NCBI GenBank assembly: GCA_013115145.1
Contig: JAAPAO010000306.1
Span: 1-41,215, forward strand
From: Perkinsus chesapeaki ATCC PRA-425
Taxonomy: Eukaryota; Protista; Perkinsozoa
DNA length: 41,215 bases
Direction: 5' to 3'
The notes under the pieces: generated by a model
Databases searched by the model: none
Told to the model about the DNA's origin: nothing
The model's input: the letters and a program-made list of their open reading frames with translations, nothing else
Shown here: piece after piece, positions 22,494-34,500 of the stretch
Layout of the letters: every line of letters begins with the position of its first letter
Numbering within the stretch: position 1 is the first letter of the stretch
Program-made: the position numbers and the translations under genes

Positions 22494-24034
22494 TTAATGA
22501 TTTAGGATGGTATTCCATCTGTTGGACCAAAAGTCATCTTGATAAGGTTTATCATAACTACTACCAAATAGTGGTGGATGATACCTAATGATAATAATAA
22601 ATAGGAAGGGATAAGAGGGGATTACCAATAATTAACAGCAAGATGCCCAACATCATCATTGGATTGTTGTTTGGTTGAATATGATATAACTTCATGAAAG
22701 TAGCTGGCAGGAAGATAAAGCATATCACCAGGCAACAGTTCTATTTCAATATATTTACTATAAGTATTATCAATAGATGGATTTGTGTTATGTAAACCTA
22801 ATATAAATAATATCATAATATTTTATAATATTATATTACAGAAATGCAATGGTCCTGCTGCTACTGCTGCTGCTGTATTGTTATTATCGACATCATCATT
22901 AGTATCATCATTAACTCTAACCTTTTTACTAACAGGCTCCTCCTCCTCGTCATCCTCCTCTTCATCATCAATATCATCAGCATCAGCAATAGCAATATTC
23001 AATAGTTTATCCAATTCATTATCATCTTCCTCTTCATTATTATTATTCATATTCATTATTAGATTTTGTCTTACCTAATCATCATCAATCTAATTATATA
23101 TTATTAAATATGACTATTAATACTTACCACATCAACCTCTCTAGCACCATCTTGTCTAACACTATATTTATTATTATTTAATTTATGACAGTTATAACAT
23201 ATCAAACCATTATCTAATATAACAGTATTATTATTATTATCATTAGTTGTTCCATTAGTATCCAATCCTTTAACTAATCCATCTGGACTATATATTCTAA
23301 ATATCTTCCTTCCTCTTAATAACATATATATATTATCATGATAATCATGATGTAATCCAGTACTACTACCATTTTTAGCATCACCAAACCACATATTAAC
23401 TTGATATTGTATTAGATTAGTATCCTTTAAAGGTGCTGGATGTAATGGTATCTAAATAATATTATTAGATAATAATAATTAATACCAATTATTATTAATA
23501 CCAGATTATTCTCTATTAATTTATCAATATGTGATCCCATTCTTTTAATAGGTCCATTATCCTCTTCAGTTAATGGTATATCTTGTGTTGTCATATAAAC
23601 CTTACTTGTAGCAACTCTATTAATGAATTCTTTAAATGTTATATGTAGTCTCTTATCATCACTCCAATCAGTCTTACCAAAACTATCATTTTCATCTAAT
23701 AATATTAATCCTACTTAATCTTATATTATTAATACCTTTCCTTTCCTCTGCAGTAACCATCTCATTACCAGCTACTTTAATCATATTATCGTTAGACATT
23801 AATTTAATATACTCCTTTGCCTTACCACGAATGACACATGGTTTTCCTATAAAACATATAATAACAACAACAACAGCATACATTACTTTGTGCTATATAT
23901 TTATTCCAAAATGCTTTAGTATCATCATCATGATCACAATCTTCTTCTTTTATCTCATCAACTACTTTATTATTATTCTGTAAAGTAGATGGGCCCTTGT
24001 ATTGACATGGTAGTAGTTTTGTTTCTTTAGACAT
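22494..24034 (-). CDS. JmjC/cupin_8 2-oxoglutarate Fe(II) dioxygenase (multi-exon)
   Basis: KPCVIRG, WFG...TGLHHDYHDNIYMLLRGRKIFRIYSP (HxD), LLPGDMLYLPASYFHEVIS (distal His), AVNYW|YPP. Confidence 0.88.
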
Positions 24035-24206
24035 GGTTGATATTTATGGTAGTAGTAGTTTGATATTCCTTAATGTACTTGTACTACTATAAATAAACTC
24101 AATAACAATAATAATAATACTTGTTAATATTTATTAACAGTAACATATAGGAATATGAACAATAATAATATAAATAATACATAGTAAAGAGTAACTAACA
24201 GTATCA

Positions 24207-26533
24207 TTAACAAGTAGGAATAACAGTAGTCTTATTATTGTCAGCAGCGGCAGCAGCCAAGGGAGTTGTTGTTGTTATTCCTTCTATTGTTGGCGTTGTA
24301 GATGATGAGGATGAGGATGGTGTAGATGACGGGTTAATATTACTTGATGATGAGGATGGTGGTATTGCTTGTTGTTGTTGCTTTTGTTGTTGTTTAGATG
24401 ATAATGTTTCTACTACTTCATTCAATTCAGCATCCTAAAATATACAATACTATATAATAATAATGATTGTTATTATTATTACCTGTATTGATGGATCTGG
24501 TGGTTGTGTTAGATTAGGTTCTACCATAGTAGCATATATCTCATCAATAGTATCCTCATTAACTCCACTTTCCAAAGGTATATTTCGTAAATATACAATT
24601 AGATTACGAATACCCGTTGAATACTCCTCATCTGGACCACTACTTGATGGTAACTAATAATAATTATTATTACCATCATTACAGACTATTAATAATAACT
24701 CTTTTATTATTACTATTGAGGTATGGGCAAAATCAATCATTTTAACAGTACCATTTCTTTGATCTGTACTTTCAGCATCAAATACAAATAATAAACTACC
24801 AGACCAGAATCGGAAACCGTTTAGATTTTGTAATATCTAATAATAATAACAATAATACCCTCCCCCCCCTAACGTATTAATCAATACTATTATTATTACT
24901 ACCCCAAGTAATCGTTCCAGTTTATCAACTAATCTTTTGATAAGTGTCTTTTTACAACATTCATCAACCGAATCAAAGAATGTATTAATAGTTTGAAAGA
25001 CTCCTTGCTCTGATTGTTTCCTTCCATAATATTTATTATAATAAACCCTTTCACCACTTATTCTGTCATATAATTGTACACCACACATACGGAAGGCAAG
25101 GCTGTGACTTGTTGTTTGCCTTGATTTCTTTATTTTACTTTCCATTTTAGCTTTTGATAAACCATATCTTACTGCTCTTTGTTTAGCCCCCATCTTTAAA
25201 TCTAATATACCTAATAATAACAATGTTATTATTATTACCTATATAAATAATATACGGTTAGTCTTTCATTATTACATGGTGTCTTCATTCCATGCGCTAA
25301 ATCTTCCAATACAACCTATATATTAATAACTATTATTACTATTATAACTAATGATTACATATTTCATCCTTTCATCCTTCTCTACCCTATAACCAGCAGC
25401 AGCTCCTCTATCTATTGTTATTGTATTATCATTATTGTTATTACTATTATCATCAACAACAACACCATCATTATTAATATTATCATCATTGTCTCCTTCT
25501 CCTCCTGCTCCTACCCCTTCTAGTTCCCCTTCATCTTTATCCTTCTCATTATCCTCTTCTTTATCTTCGCCTACTACTACATCCTCTTCTTCCTCTTCCT
25601 TTCCTTCATCTTCCTCTTCTTGTGTATAACCTCTATTATATTTTACTCCTCCTTTCCTTTTGCCATGATGTGCAGCAGCAGCTGCTGCCGCTACTGCTGC
25701 TACTGCCTCTTCCCTTTTCCTTCTTGACTTCTCTCTTTCTCTATCTATTTGTTCGTGTAATCTATGTTGTTCTTCTTCCCCTTCTTCCTCTATTTTCCTT
25801 ATCTTTTCCTCTTGTGCCCCTTTAGCTGCCTCTATAGATGCCCGTGGCTCTACTGCCCCTAATGGTGGTATTGGTCTTCTTGTTCTTGTTGATGGTGTAA
25901 TATCATATAATAATGTCGGACATGATGACCTCCTTCTTGCATGTGGTGATGAGGATGATGATGTAGAACATGGTGAGCTTGATGATGATGGTATGATCCC
26001 ACCAACCTCTTCACTATTAACATTGGTTCTTGGACTACCACTACTTGTTCTTCTTATTGATGATGGCTGTATGACACTCTGCTGCTGCTGCTGTTCCTCC
26101 TCTTGCTGCTGCTGCTGCTGCTGTTGTTGTTGTTCTTCTTCTTGTCTATTTCCTTTAGTAGTAAGATTAACCTATCAATAATCCCCTCCCCCCTCCTCCT
26201 CCTTTCTCCTTTACTATTACCTCTCCATAACATCTAGGTGTAAACCGTAATAGTTTAGGGCATCTTTCCGGTATTATACTTGAATAAAAGTGATATTCAT
26301 CAGGATTACATGGTTTTAATACCTATACCAATAAAATAATGATGACAACTATGCATAAATACCAAGTACATGACGACGACGAGGAGGAGGAAGAAGACGA
26401 AGATGATGAGGAGGACAGAAATATTATATGTTATAATAGTCATGAACCCCATTAACGCCATCATTTTATTATTATCTATCAGTAGTAAAGTGAGCCAGTA
26501 GTCCGATGTTGTTATTTAGTTAAGTAACAGTTC

Positions 26534-26577
<44 letters not shown>

Positions 26578-29390
26578 TTGTTACTATTATTACTACCAGA
26601 TATGGTGAATTTTGTGGTTTAACAAATCTAGTATGTCCTCCAACTTGTAAACCATATACAGTTAGTTGTTGACCAACTAATGATGATGTTGATGCATCTT
26701 CTTCCTCCTCCTCTTCTTCCTGTTCCTGCTGCTGCTCTTCTTGCTTATGGTTATCTTCTTTATTATCCCCGCCACCACCAGGCACCATCGGCACCCCTTC
26801 ATTCATTTTGCTCCTCTTCTCACCCATATCTAGTTTATCTCCCTTAAGTATATCATTATTATCATCTCCTTCTTTTTTAATGGCCTCCTTATCTTTACTA
26901 CTTCGTCCTCCTCCTCCTACTCTACTACTATTATCATCCTCTTCCCTTATTCGTTCCCCTCCTCCTCCTTCTTGTCCATTATGCTGTATTATATTAGTAT
27001 TATTAACTTCTCCTTCTTTATGTTGTAGTATGGTTATCTATACTCATAGTAATAACACATTATTATCATTCCCCTTACCTCTTCCTCCTCTTCCTGCTGC
27101 TGCTGCTCTTCCATTGATGATGCTTTTGGATAATGAGGATGCTCTATTGGCCCTATTGGTACTAATGTAAGCATCTTGGTTCCTCCGCCTCCACTGCCGC
27201 CTGGGGGAGCTGGTGATGTTGTAGATGATGATGATGATGAGGAGCAGGATGATGATGATGATGAGATATTATTATTTAATTTCTAGATAGGATATGATTA
27301 CTATTAATATCTTACACTGTACCACCTCTTTACTACCTTAACAACAACCTTATCATCTGACATTGATGTTATATCATCATTCTCATTCTTTATTAAATAA
27401 TCCCTTCTTATAGGTGATGATGACGATGACGAGATTTGTCCTTCATCTTTTCCTTCCTTCTCTTTATATATTATATTATCCTTCTCTTCCTCCTCCTTCT
27501 CCTTCTGTACTATACCCCCACTACTACTACTATCATCATCATCATCTTCATTCTCCTCCATTATAACAGCTACTGCAGTAGTATGTGCTCTCCTTCTCCT
27601 TCCCTTTATTATCTCTCCATCACCACCACCACTACAACAAGCATCCTTCTCCTTCTCTTCTTCTAATAATGCAGCACTACTCTGCCATTGTACTGGCATT
27701 AAATGTCCCCCTAATTGCTCAGCTACTGTTGTTGTTGTCTTATGTCTACATATAACCCCTTTTGCTAATAACCGTCTACGGTAATATCGACACCTTTTAC
27801 AATTACACTCCAACCTCCTATCCAACCGCAGCCGCCGCCGCAGCCGCCCTGCCTGCTGCTCAGAATGCTGAGACTGCTGATGCTTACTATCATTATTATA
27901 TGGTAATAATGATCTTCCTGCTGCCATCGCTTCCGCCTCCCCCGTCGGCAACTTTTCATTATCTATTATACTAGTATCTCTTTCCTCATTCTCCTTCTCC
28001 TCTTCTCCCTCTTCACCATCCTTACCCTCTCCTTCATGTAATGCTGCTATACACTCAATATCATCATCATCGTCTTCATCATCATCTTCATCAAATTCAC
28101 CATCTAATATATCATCTATAGTATATGAATCTGAGTCCATTTCATCATACTCATAATCATATATATAATCACCACCACCAACACTAGTATTCAGCAGAGT
28201 AGTGGTATCTTTATCCCCTCCTTCAAAACCACCACCGCCTCCTCCACCACCCTCATTTTCTTTTACTGCTGCTACTGCTGCCTGGTCTATACCATCCCTA
28301 GTGTCATCATCATCACCATCTACTGCTGCTGCTGCCTTTACTTCCTCTTCCCCTACTACTTCCTCCTCTTCTTTTATATTACCATCTTGCATGCCATCTA
28401 TAGTGATTACCAATTTACTATCATCATTATCCTCAACCACCCCCTTCTGTTGTTGCCCAGATCCTCCTCCTCCTCCTCCTCTAGATCCCACTACAGGAGA
28501 GTGAGGATGACCATGTTGTGCATAAGCCTAATAATAATACCATCACTTCTCCATGTTAATGTATCACTATTGTATATTACATTAGCAGCCATATGTAATG
28601 CTAACCTATAATGTGGTTTCTTTTTACCCAATAATGATAATGCTCTTGATACACTACACCACATTCTCTCACGGAATTCACACTAACAATAATAATAATA
28701 AACAGCAGGTAGTAATAATCTAATAACCATTATTATTACCTCTCTCCATGATGATAATATATTACTACATTGCGCTAAGAATAATCTAGTTACTGTAGGT
28801 TGTCCAGTCTTAGTTGATGATTTAAACCATCCTAGATCCCATAATACTTTACATTCAACACCAGCTTCTTCAACAGTCTCTCTAACTGCTGCTGTCTCTA
28901 AATCTTCATCAAATGTTTCAACTTTACCAGATGGTATTGTATGTGTCATTCTATCAGAACCATGTCTTATGGAATTAACTACTAATATATTAGTACCAGA
29001 TTCATCATATACCACACAACCAGCTCTTAATTTATATTCTTTACTAGGTGACCATACTTCTGGATCTGCATAATGTGTAGTTGTTATATCATTATCACTA
29101 TTATATCCAATATCGTGATGATTATTATTATTATGATGATGGTTGTTATCTACTCTCATAGCTGGTTCTTCACGTAGCTCATATTGTTGATAACAGCATG
29201 TATTAGATGCTATTGATTTATCATCATTATTATCTTCATTATTATCTTCCGAATAAGATGATGATGATATCGAATCATAGTCATCATCACCAGAAGTAGA
29301 GGAGGTGGAGGAAGGAGAAGGAAGTGGTGTATTGGAGGTATAATGAGGTATAATATTATTAGTAGTAACAGAAGAAGAAGACGACGACAT
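24207..29390 (-). CDS. Fusion protein: N-terminal DIPP-type Nudix hydrolase + low-complexity linker + inositol polyphosphate kinase (IPK family, IP6K/IPMK-like); ~12 exons, ~1,450 aa
   Basis: Nudix: YKLRAGC, PSGKVE...AAVRETVEEAGV, ERMW..KP. Kinase: QVGGH, LKP..EYHFY..FTPRCYG, VLEDL..KTP|CILDLKMG, RMCG, NKYYGR, WSGSLLFVFD, KMIDFAH, GPDEEY. Introns 28683-28739, 28528-28580, 27283-27336, 27038-27078, 26323-26596, 26172-26220, 25316-25358 and 25211-25275 are all GT-AG and frame-preserving. Confidence 0.8.
26535..26577. repeat. (AGT)n microsatellite, ~14 units, intronic
   Basis: Perfect agt run within kinase intron 26323-26596. Confidence 0.95.
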
Positions 29391-29576
29391 GATAATAAAT
29401 AATAAAACAACAACTACAGCTAACATCATCATTAAACTCATAAGCCAGATAAGATAAGCTTTAGTGGCGTCACGGCTGTATAAGTAGTAAAGACGATCTT
29501 ATTAATACAATATTGTAGAGGAATCCCCTCGGCTTGTCTAATCCGTGTTGGTGTGAGAGAGAGATCTTCGGCCGGT

Positions 29577-29940
29577 GGTCCCAACGTATGTACTTTTCGG
29601 TCCCAACGTATGTGCGCGGGAGTGGCGCTTCTGCCTAAGCCTGAACGCGGGCCTTCGGCCCGCTTTTACTTACTATGGTCATGACACATCCCTAGAGGGG
29701 TGGGCCATGGATGGCCTAACTTAGATCGTGTCAGGGTCAGCCTATATAGCCTACCGAGTGAGCTGTACCAGTGATCCCGGGCTCGTTCCCTGGCTAAGGT
29801 ATTTTTCCCGTATTTTTCACAGCAGCGCTCGCCCAGGAGCAATTAGGTGTGGCATGTACTTTCACGCGCCCCAAAATTACTCGCAGCGCCCCTAAATTTC
29901 TCGCACTGCCCCTAAATTGCTTCTTTTGCCCCTAAATCTC
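29577..29940. repeat. Repeat-rich GC island: 15-bp direct repeat x2, GC hairpin, 20-bp tandem repeat x4
   Basis: ggtcccaacgtatgt at 29577 and 29599; gcgggcc-ttc-ggcccgc at 29647-29663; gcccc(t/a)aaat at 29868, 29888, 29908 and 29928. Confidence 0.85.
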
Positions 29941-30233
29941 TTAAGAATGCCACGAATCTCTTGATACGCTAAATTAAGACTGTGTGAAACAGCTAGTTGC
30001 TATTTTCGATGCTTTGATAATTACATGGAGCAGTGTGGAAAAATGTGCACGTGGCTGGCTACATCTGTAGTCGAGCTTGAGGAAAATTTGAGAAAAAGAT
30101 GGGAAATACCCAGCCAAAAACACGCTTTTTGACCATAAGTCCCGTATAAAACGGAGAGGAAATCCAGCTCACAAGCCCCCATCGGTTGAGGAAGAAGCCG
30201 AACAGATATTCCCACACTGACATGGAGTCGTAG

Positions 30234-30408
30234 TGTAGAGGAATACCCCTCTATTATGATATCACTCCCCAATGATGATAACACAACTTTATATTAGTTT
30301 TAAGTTTATATGATGATCCAGATGACACTAAGTATTACTAAGTATGTACAGGCTTATATCAGCGCATTATTAATCTTTGTTGTAGTAGCGCTCGCCTCAT
30401 TAGCTACA
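30234..30408 (+). repeat. Candidate 5' LTR of the host gypsy element (175 bp)
   Basis: Starts TGTAG, ends CTACA and is followed by TGG (30409-30411); AT-rich with motifs like those of the 712-941 LTR. No second copy in the window to confirm it. Confidence 0.5.
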
Positions 30409-30412
30409 TGGA

Positions 30413-31174
30413 TTGATCGATGAGAGACGGAGACGTAGATATCTCCGTGATTTTTATCCATTACACTATAATACTGTATCAGCAAATATGCCCGTGTTGG
30501 ATTCTACGGAAAGTACGGACGCAAGGCGATTCATATTATCAAACTTGGGGGCTGTGCCGAGAAATCGCCTGATATCTGCTGTGAGAAGCATGGAGAAGGC
30601 CATTAACGAGAACAGAAGCTTCAGTTATTTGAGCCGACTCGAGAGCATCGGGGAGGCCATAGAAACAAGTCTGGTGGAAAACGACACTTTTAAGAAGGAT
30701 GTCCAAGAAGCGTCCGATGGTTCTATCCTGGCTTAGCTATGGTTATCTGGTTTGGAGTGGGTTTATGATGAATTGGTTTATCCGTACCCCGAAGAGAAAA
30801 TGGTCCTCGGGGAGGAAAACGCCGGGGGATGGTTGCGTCCATCTTTGATGTGGGCAGTAGCTAATACCGGCACAAAAACAGACGGAGGGGAGACTCTGCG
30901 TGGTCGTCGAGAACTATGTGCTAAGGTTCAGGCAGCGGTGACAGTGTATAGGCATGTCATGGAGACGGCTTCTCAAAGAGACCTGAGGAACACCGACTCG
31001 GTGACCACCAAGAGCGAGCCCAGACTCCAGAACCTCCGAAAACCGGCTGACATCACGGCGGAGGACACGGCGTACTACAGAGCCAGTCAACGGGCAGAGC
31101 AGCTAACCAAATCTTGCGGTGTTGGTACCTTTGATGGTGACTGTGATAACTATATATCTTTCATTACTGAGCTT
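30413..31174 (+). pseudogene. 5' part of host gypsy gag, with one in-frame TAG at 30734-30736
   Basis: ORFs 30413-30736 and 30752-31198 share a frame; the segment ends GTFDGDCDNYISFITEL at the insertion site. Confidence 0.7.
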
Positions 31175-31390
31175 TGTCGCGATTTACCAACGCGGTAGGA
31201 GTGTAGATGAATAACGCCTCGGGTAGAGGTAAAAAAAGGTGTTTGAAACTCTCCTAATCTATGAGTACAACGTCACGCTGGGATAGCGTCACGTCACGTG
31301 ACGCGCCACGGCGTGCTTTAGATGGCGCGGCTCTATAAAAGGAGCGTCACGGCGCGTGACACCGTCTACTTGCTGAGTTTAATCAGCACA
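31175..31390 (-). repeat. 3' LTR of Bel/Pao element
   Basis: Direct repeat of 36824-37039; preceded on the minus strand by the PPT. Confidence 0.97.
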
Positions 31391-31541
31391 TCCTCCCAAC
31401 CACAGGGCTGGTTAAAAACAGAGCCAATAAAAACTCCTAATACGGAGACAGAATAGCAGATAAAATGAACGAATGAATGAGATACCTAGTATAGGCCACA
31501 ATGGCTGGAGGAGGAGAACACAAAAAGGGCAAGCTGGATGA

Positions 31542-34500
31542 TCACTTGGTCGTTATAAGCTTGTACAGAGGCTGTTGAATCTTCTTGTTTGTTGATAAAT
31601 AGGTGTGGCCTCGAACCTCTTCCACGACGTAAGGCCCTCGAGCTAATTCACCAAGCTTCATAGGCGACGGAGTTCGCAGATACACATGGTCGCCCACATT
31701 AACCTCTTTAGCCTTATCACCGAGTCTTTCACGCACACGAGCTCGGTCATCTTCCCAGAATCCTTCAATCCATTCTTCTAGTAAACGCTCAGGACGAGGT
31801 GCACAAAGCTGTGTTTGATCTTGCGGGTAAGTATGCATCAAATCCCACGACGAGATAGTAGACCACCTTGGGCGACGATTGGATAGAGATACGGCTTCAG
31901 CGACGAGAGTTCTCCAGTCGAGACGGGATTGGGTAGTCCTCAGCATTTTCAAGTTCTCGTTCAATGGGCCATGAGACCTTTCCCATTTACCACCGTAATG
32001 AGGGCTTCCTGGTGGGACCAAATGATGCTGTATATTGAGGGTAGAGGTGAAAAGCCGAAACACGCCGCTCAAATACGCTTGTCCTCGATCAGTGCATATT
32101 CGACGAGGAATACCTGAACGTGAGAAGATCCGTTTGACGGCTGTTATAAGCTGCATCGCAGTGGTTGAAGTTGTCGGTTCAGCATCTATATAGCCCGTTA
32201 ACAGGTCTGTGCAAACCACCAAATACTTCTGCTTATCTCCATTATTATCATAAGCACCACAGTGATCGACCCCAATGGTAGACCAAGGAACCCTATCTAT
32301 CTTCTTGGGGGTAGACCCTTGAATAGCCAATCTTCGTGGACGTATTTTAATGCATACCCCACAGGCCGTGACGACCTTTGCAACCATCGGTCTTATACCC
32401 GGCCAGTGAAACATCTTAACGAGCTCGTTGTAAGTGGCGTTAACACCATGATGGAAGTGCCCATGTACTGTTTTCACGATCAGGCGTTGTAGAGGACGAT
32501 CTTTAGGAGGAACTACGTACTGCGGGTGGACCAGGCCGTTGGTGTCTTGTCGGCAGTGTCGGACAATTAGGCCATTATCATCAATCGACGTAAATGGAGC
32601 TCTCAGCAAGCGAGCTTGACCATACCGATGCTGGGCTTTGCCGACGACCATAACCAGAGGAGATAGTATCGGATCTTGTTGATGATGAGGATCTCCGAGA
32701 CTCATGCAGTACTTTTGCCATTCCCTGAAAGCACGTGATAGGCGACGTTGTTGATGGAGTTGACTTGCGATATCTTCGTTTTGATATACTTGGTAACCAT
32801 CGTCACCAGCGGCGGCGTCATTCTCAGAATTCATTTGACTCGCTTTTATTGCTAGCACTGCTTCAGGGTGGGCGGGGGTGAGCTTGGACGGTATCGGGAT
32901 AGGTGTATAATCCTGCGGAAGAGTGTAGAAGGATGGTAAGTTCTCGATGCTCGATGTATCAGGTGAACGGAGGAGACCAACCAAATATGAGACATATGCT
33001 TCCCGTGCAGACCGGTGAATGTCTTCAGATATCTTCCCACGGGAAGGGAGGTCTGCAGGATTTAGAGCACCTTCAATATGAGTGAAGAGCACACGCACGC
33101 TGGTCTTCTGCTGGAGCTCGTGGACAGTATTACGGATCTTGATTACCCTTCTCTGACGTACCAATTCATCAGGTGTCTTGATAGTTGTTGACGTTCTTCT
33201 CAACCTTGCTAAGTTAACTTCAGAATCCGTACAGATGATGAGCTTGTTGATACCCCAGTAATCCGTAACATCCACAATGAAGTTCTTCAGTAGTGTTGAT
33301 GAGGTGCATAAAGCATCCAATTCCATTCGTGGTGCGGTAGGTTTGACGTCTACAGGCGTGACGAAACCCCTTGCCCAGATTCTACACCCGCCAAGGGTCT
33401 CGACGATCACAGCTGAGGCCTTGTTCGAAGCGTCGACAAATGCAATAATTGTATCAAAGTCATGGTTGTCGGGGTATAATAGTCTCGGAACGGGGCTCGC
33501 ACTCCTTAGCATGGATAGCCAGTCTTGGATGGTAGACTTCTGTTCAGCAGTCAACTTATTGGTCTTACCAGCCATGCCAGATTCTTGTAGATGCAGGCGA
33601 GCTTTCATCATGTATTCAAGGTAGAGGCCACACGGGTCAAAGAAGGTGGCCAAGAACTTGCGATAGTCACCAACCGTTTCCACGCTCTCGAGGAGTCTCG
33701 TGGCCGAAGCACAAGCCGATATTATCAGTGTATCATCATTTGACGACCAATGATATCCCAACATAGAGCCAGATTTAGCTGAACCTCCCTCCGACTCTAC
33801 TCTTTTCGCTTCATTCTCTTCGAAGCCACGTTTGGCAGCATTGCGGAGAACTATCTTAAGAACTTCGTGGGCTAGATGATGGCTAGAAGCACCAATGCTG
33901 AGGTCGTCCATGAGAATGCGAAGGCCGTACTCACCAGTGTCATCTACCTGTAAGGCCTGACGAATCTCAGCTCGGCTGGTACATAGATTATCATCCAATG
34001 AGTGGATGAGAGCTCCTGGACTGTCCGGGAGTCCAAATAGAACTCTCTGATAGGAATATAGTATACCCCGCCACCAAAAACAAAGATACCTGCGGTCTTC
34101 CTCGGATTCATACTCGACCTGCAGAAAAGCAGCTTGAAAATCACATGAGATGAAGTGTCGGAACCTTCTTAACAGATAGATAGAGCTGGTAACATGTTGC
34201 TTGTCACTGTCAGATATATTAGGGCTCACAATACCGCGTAGGCTGCTACCGTCGAAAACAGGGCGCACTTTCATGCTGCTTAGTTCGTTTCCATGTTTGC
34301 GGACCACTGGGAAATGATTCAGACAGAACTTCGCATAGTTAGGATCGATGGGCTTGATGTAACCTTTCTGCTCGAACTTCTTAATCTCGGCATCGTATAG
34401 GTCCAGAATACCTTCTCGACGTAACCTTGCCTCCAGACGGTCAGCCTGTTTGCGCAGGGCTTGGACATTGTTAGTCGGCTTCGGTCTTAACCATTTGATC

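Noticed and set aside
25435-29413. Many plus-strand Leu/Ser/Ile/Pro-rich ORFs
   Set aside because: Antisense translations of triplet-repeat-rich exons of the Nudix-kinase gene.
29647-29680. Helitron 3' end or bacterial-type terminator
   Set aside because: A hairpin is present but there is no CTRR terminus at the expected distance on either strand, and intrinsic terminators are not expected in this nuclear context; kept only as part of the repeat island.
30021-30233. Possible hAT transposase fragment
   Set aside because: No convincing motif in any frame.
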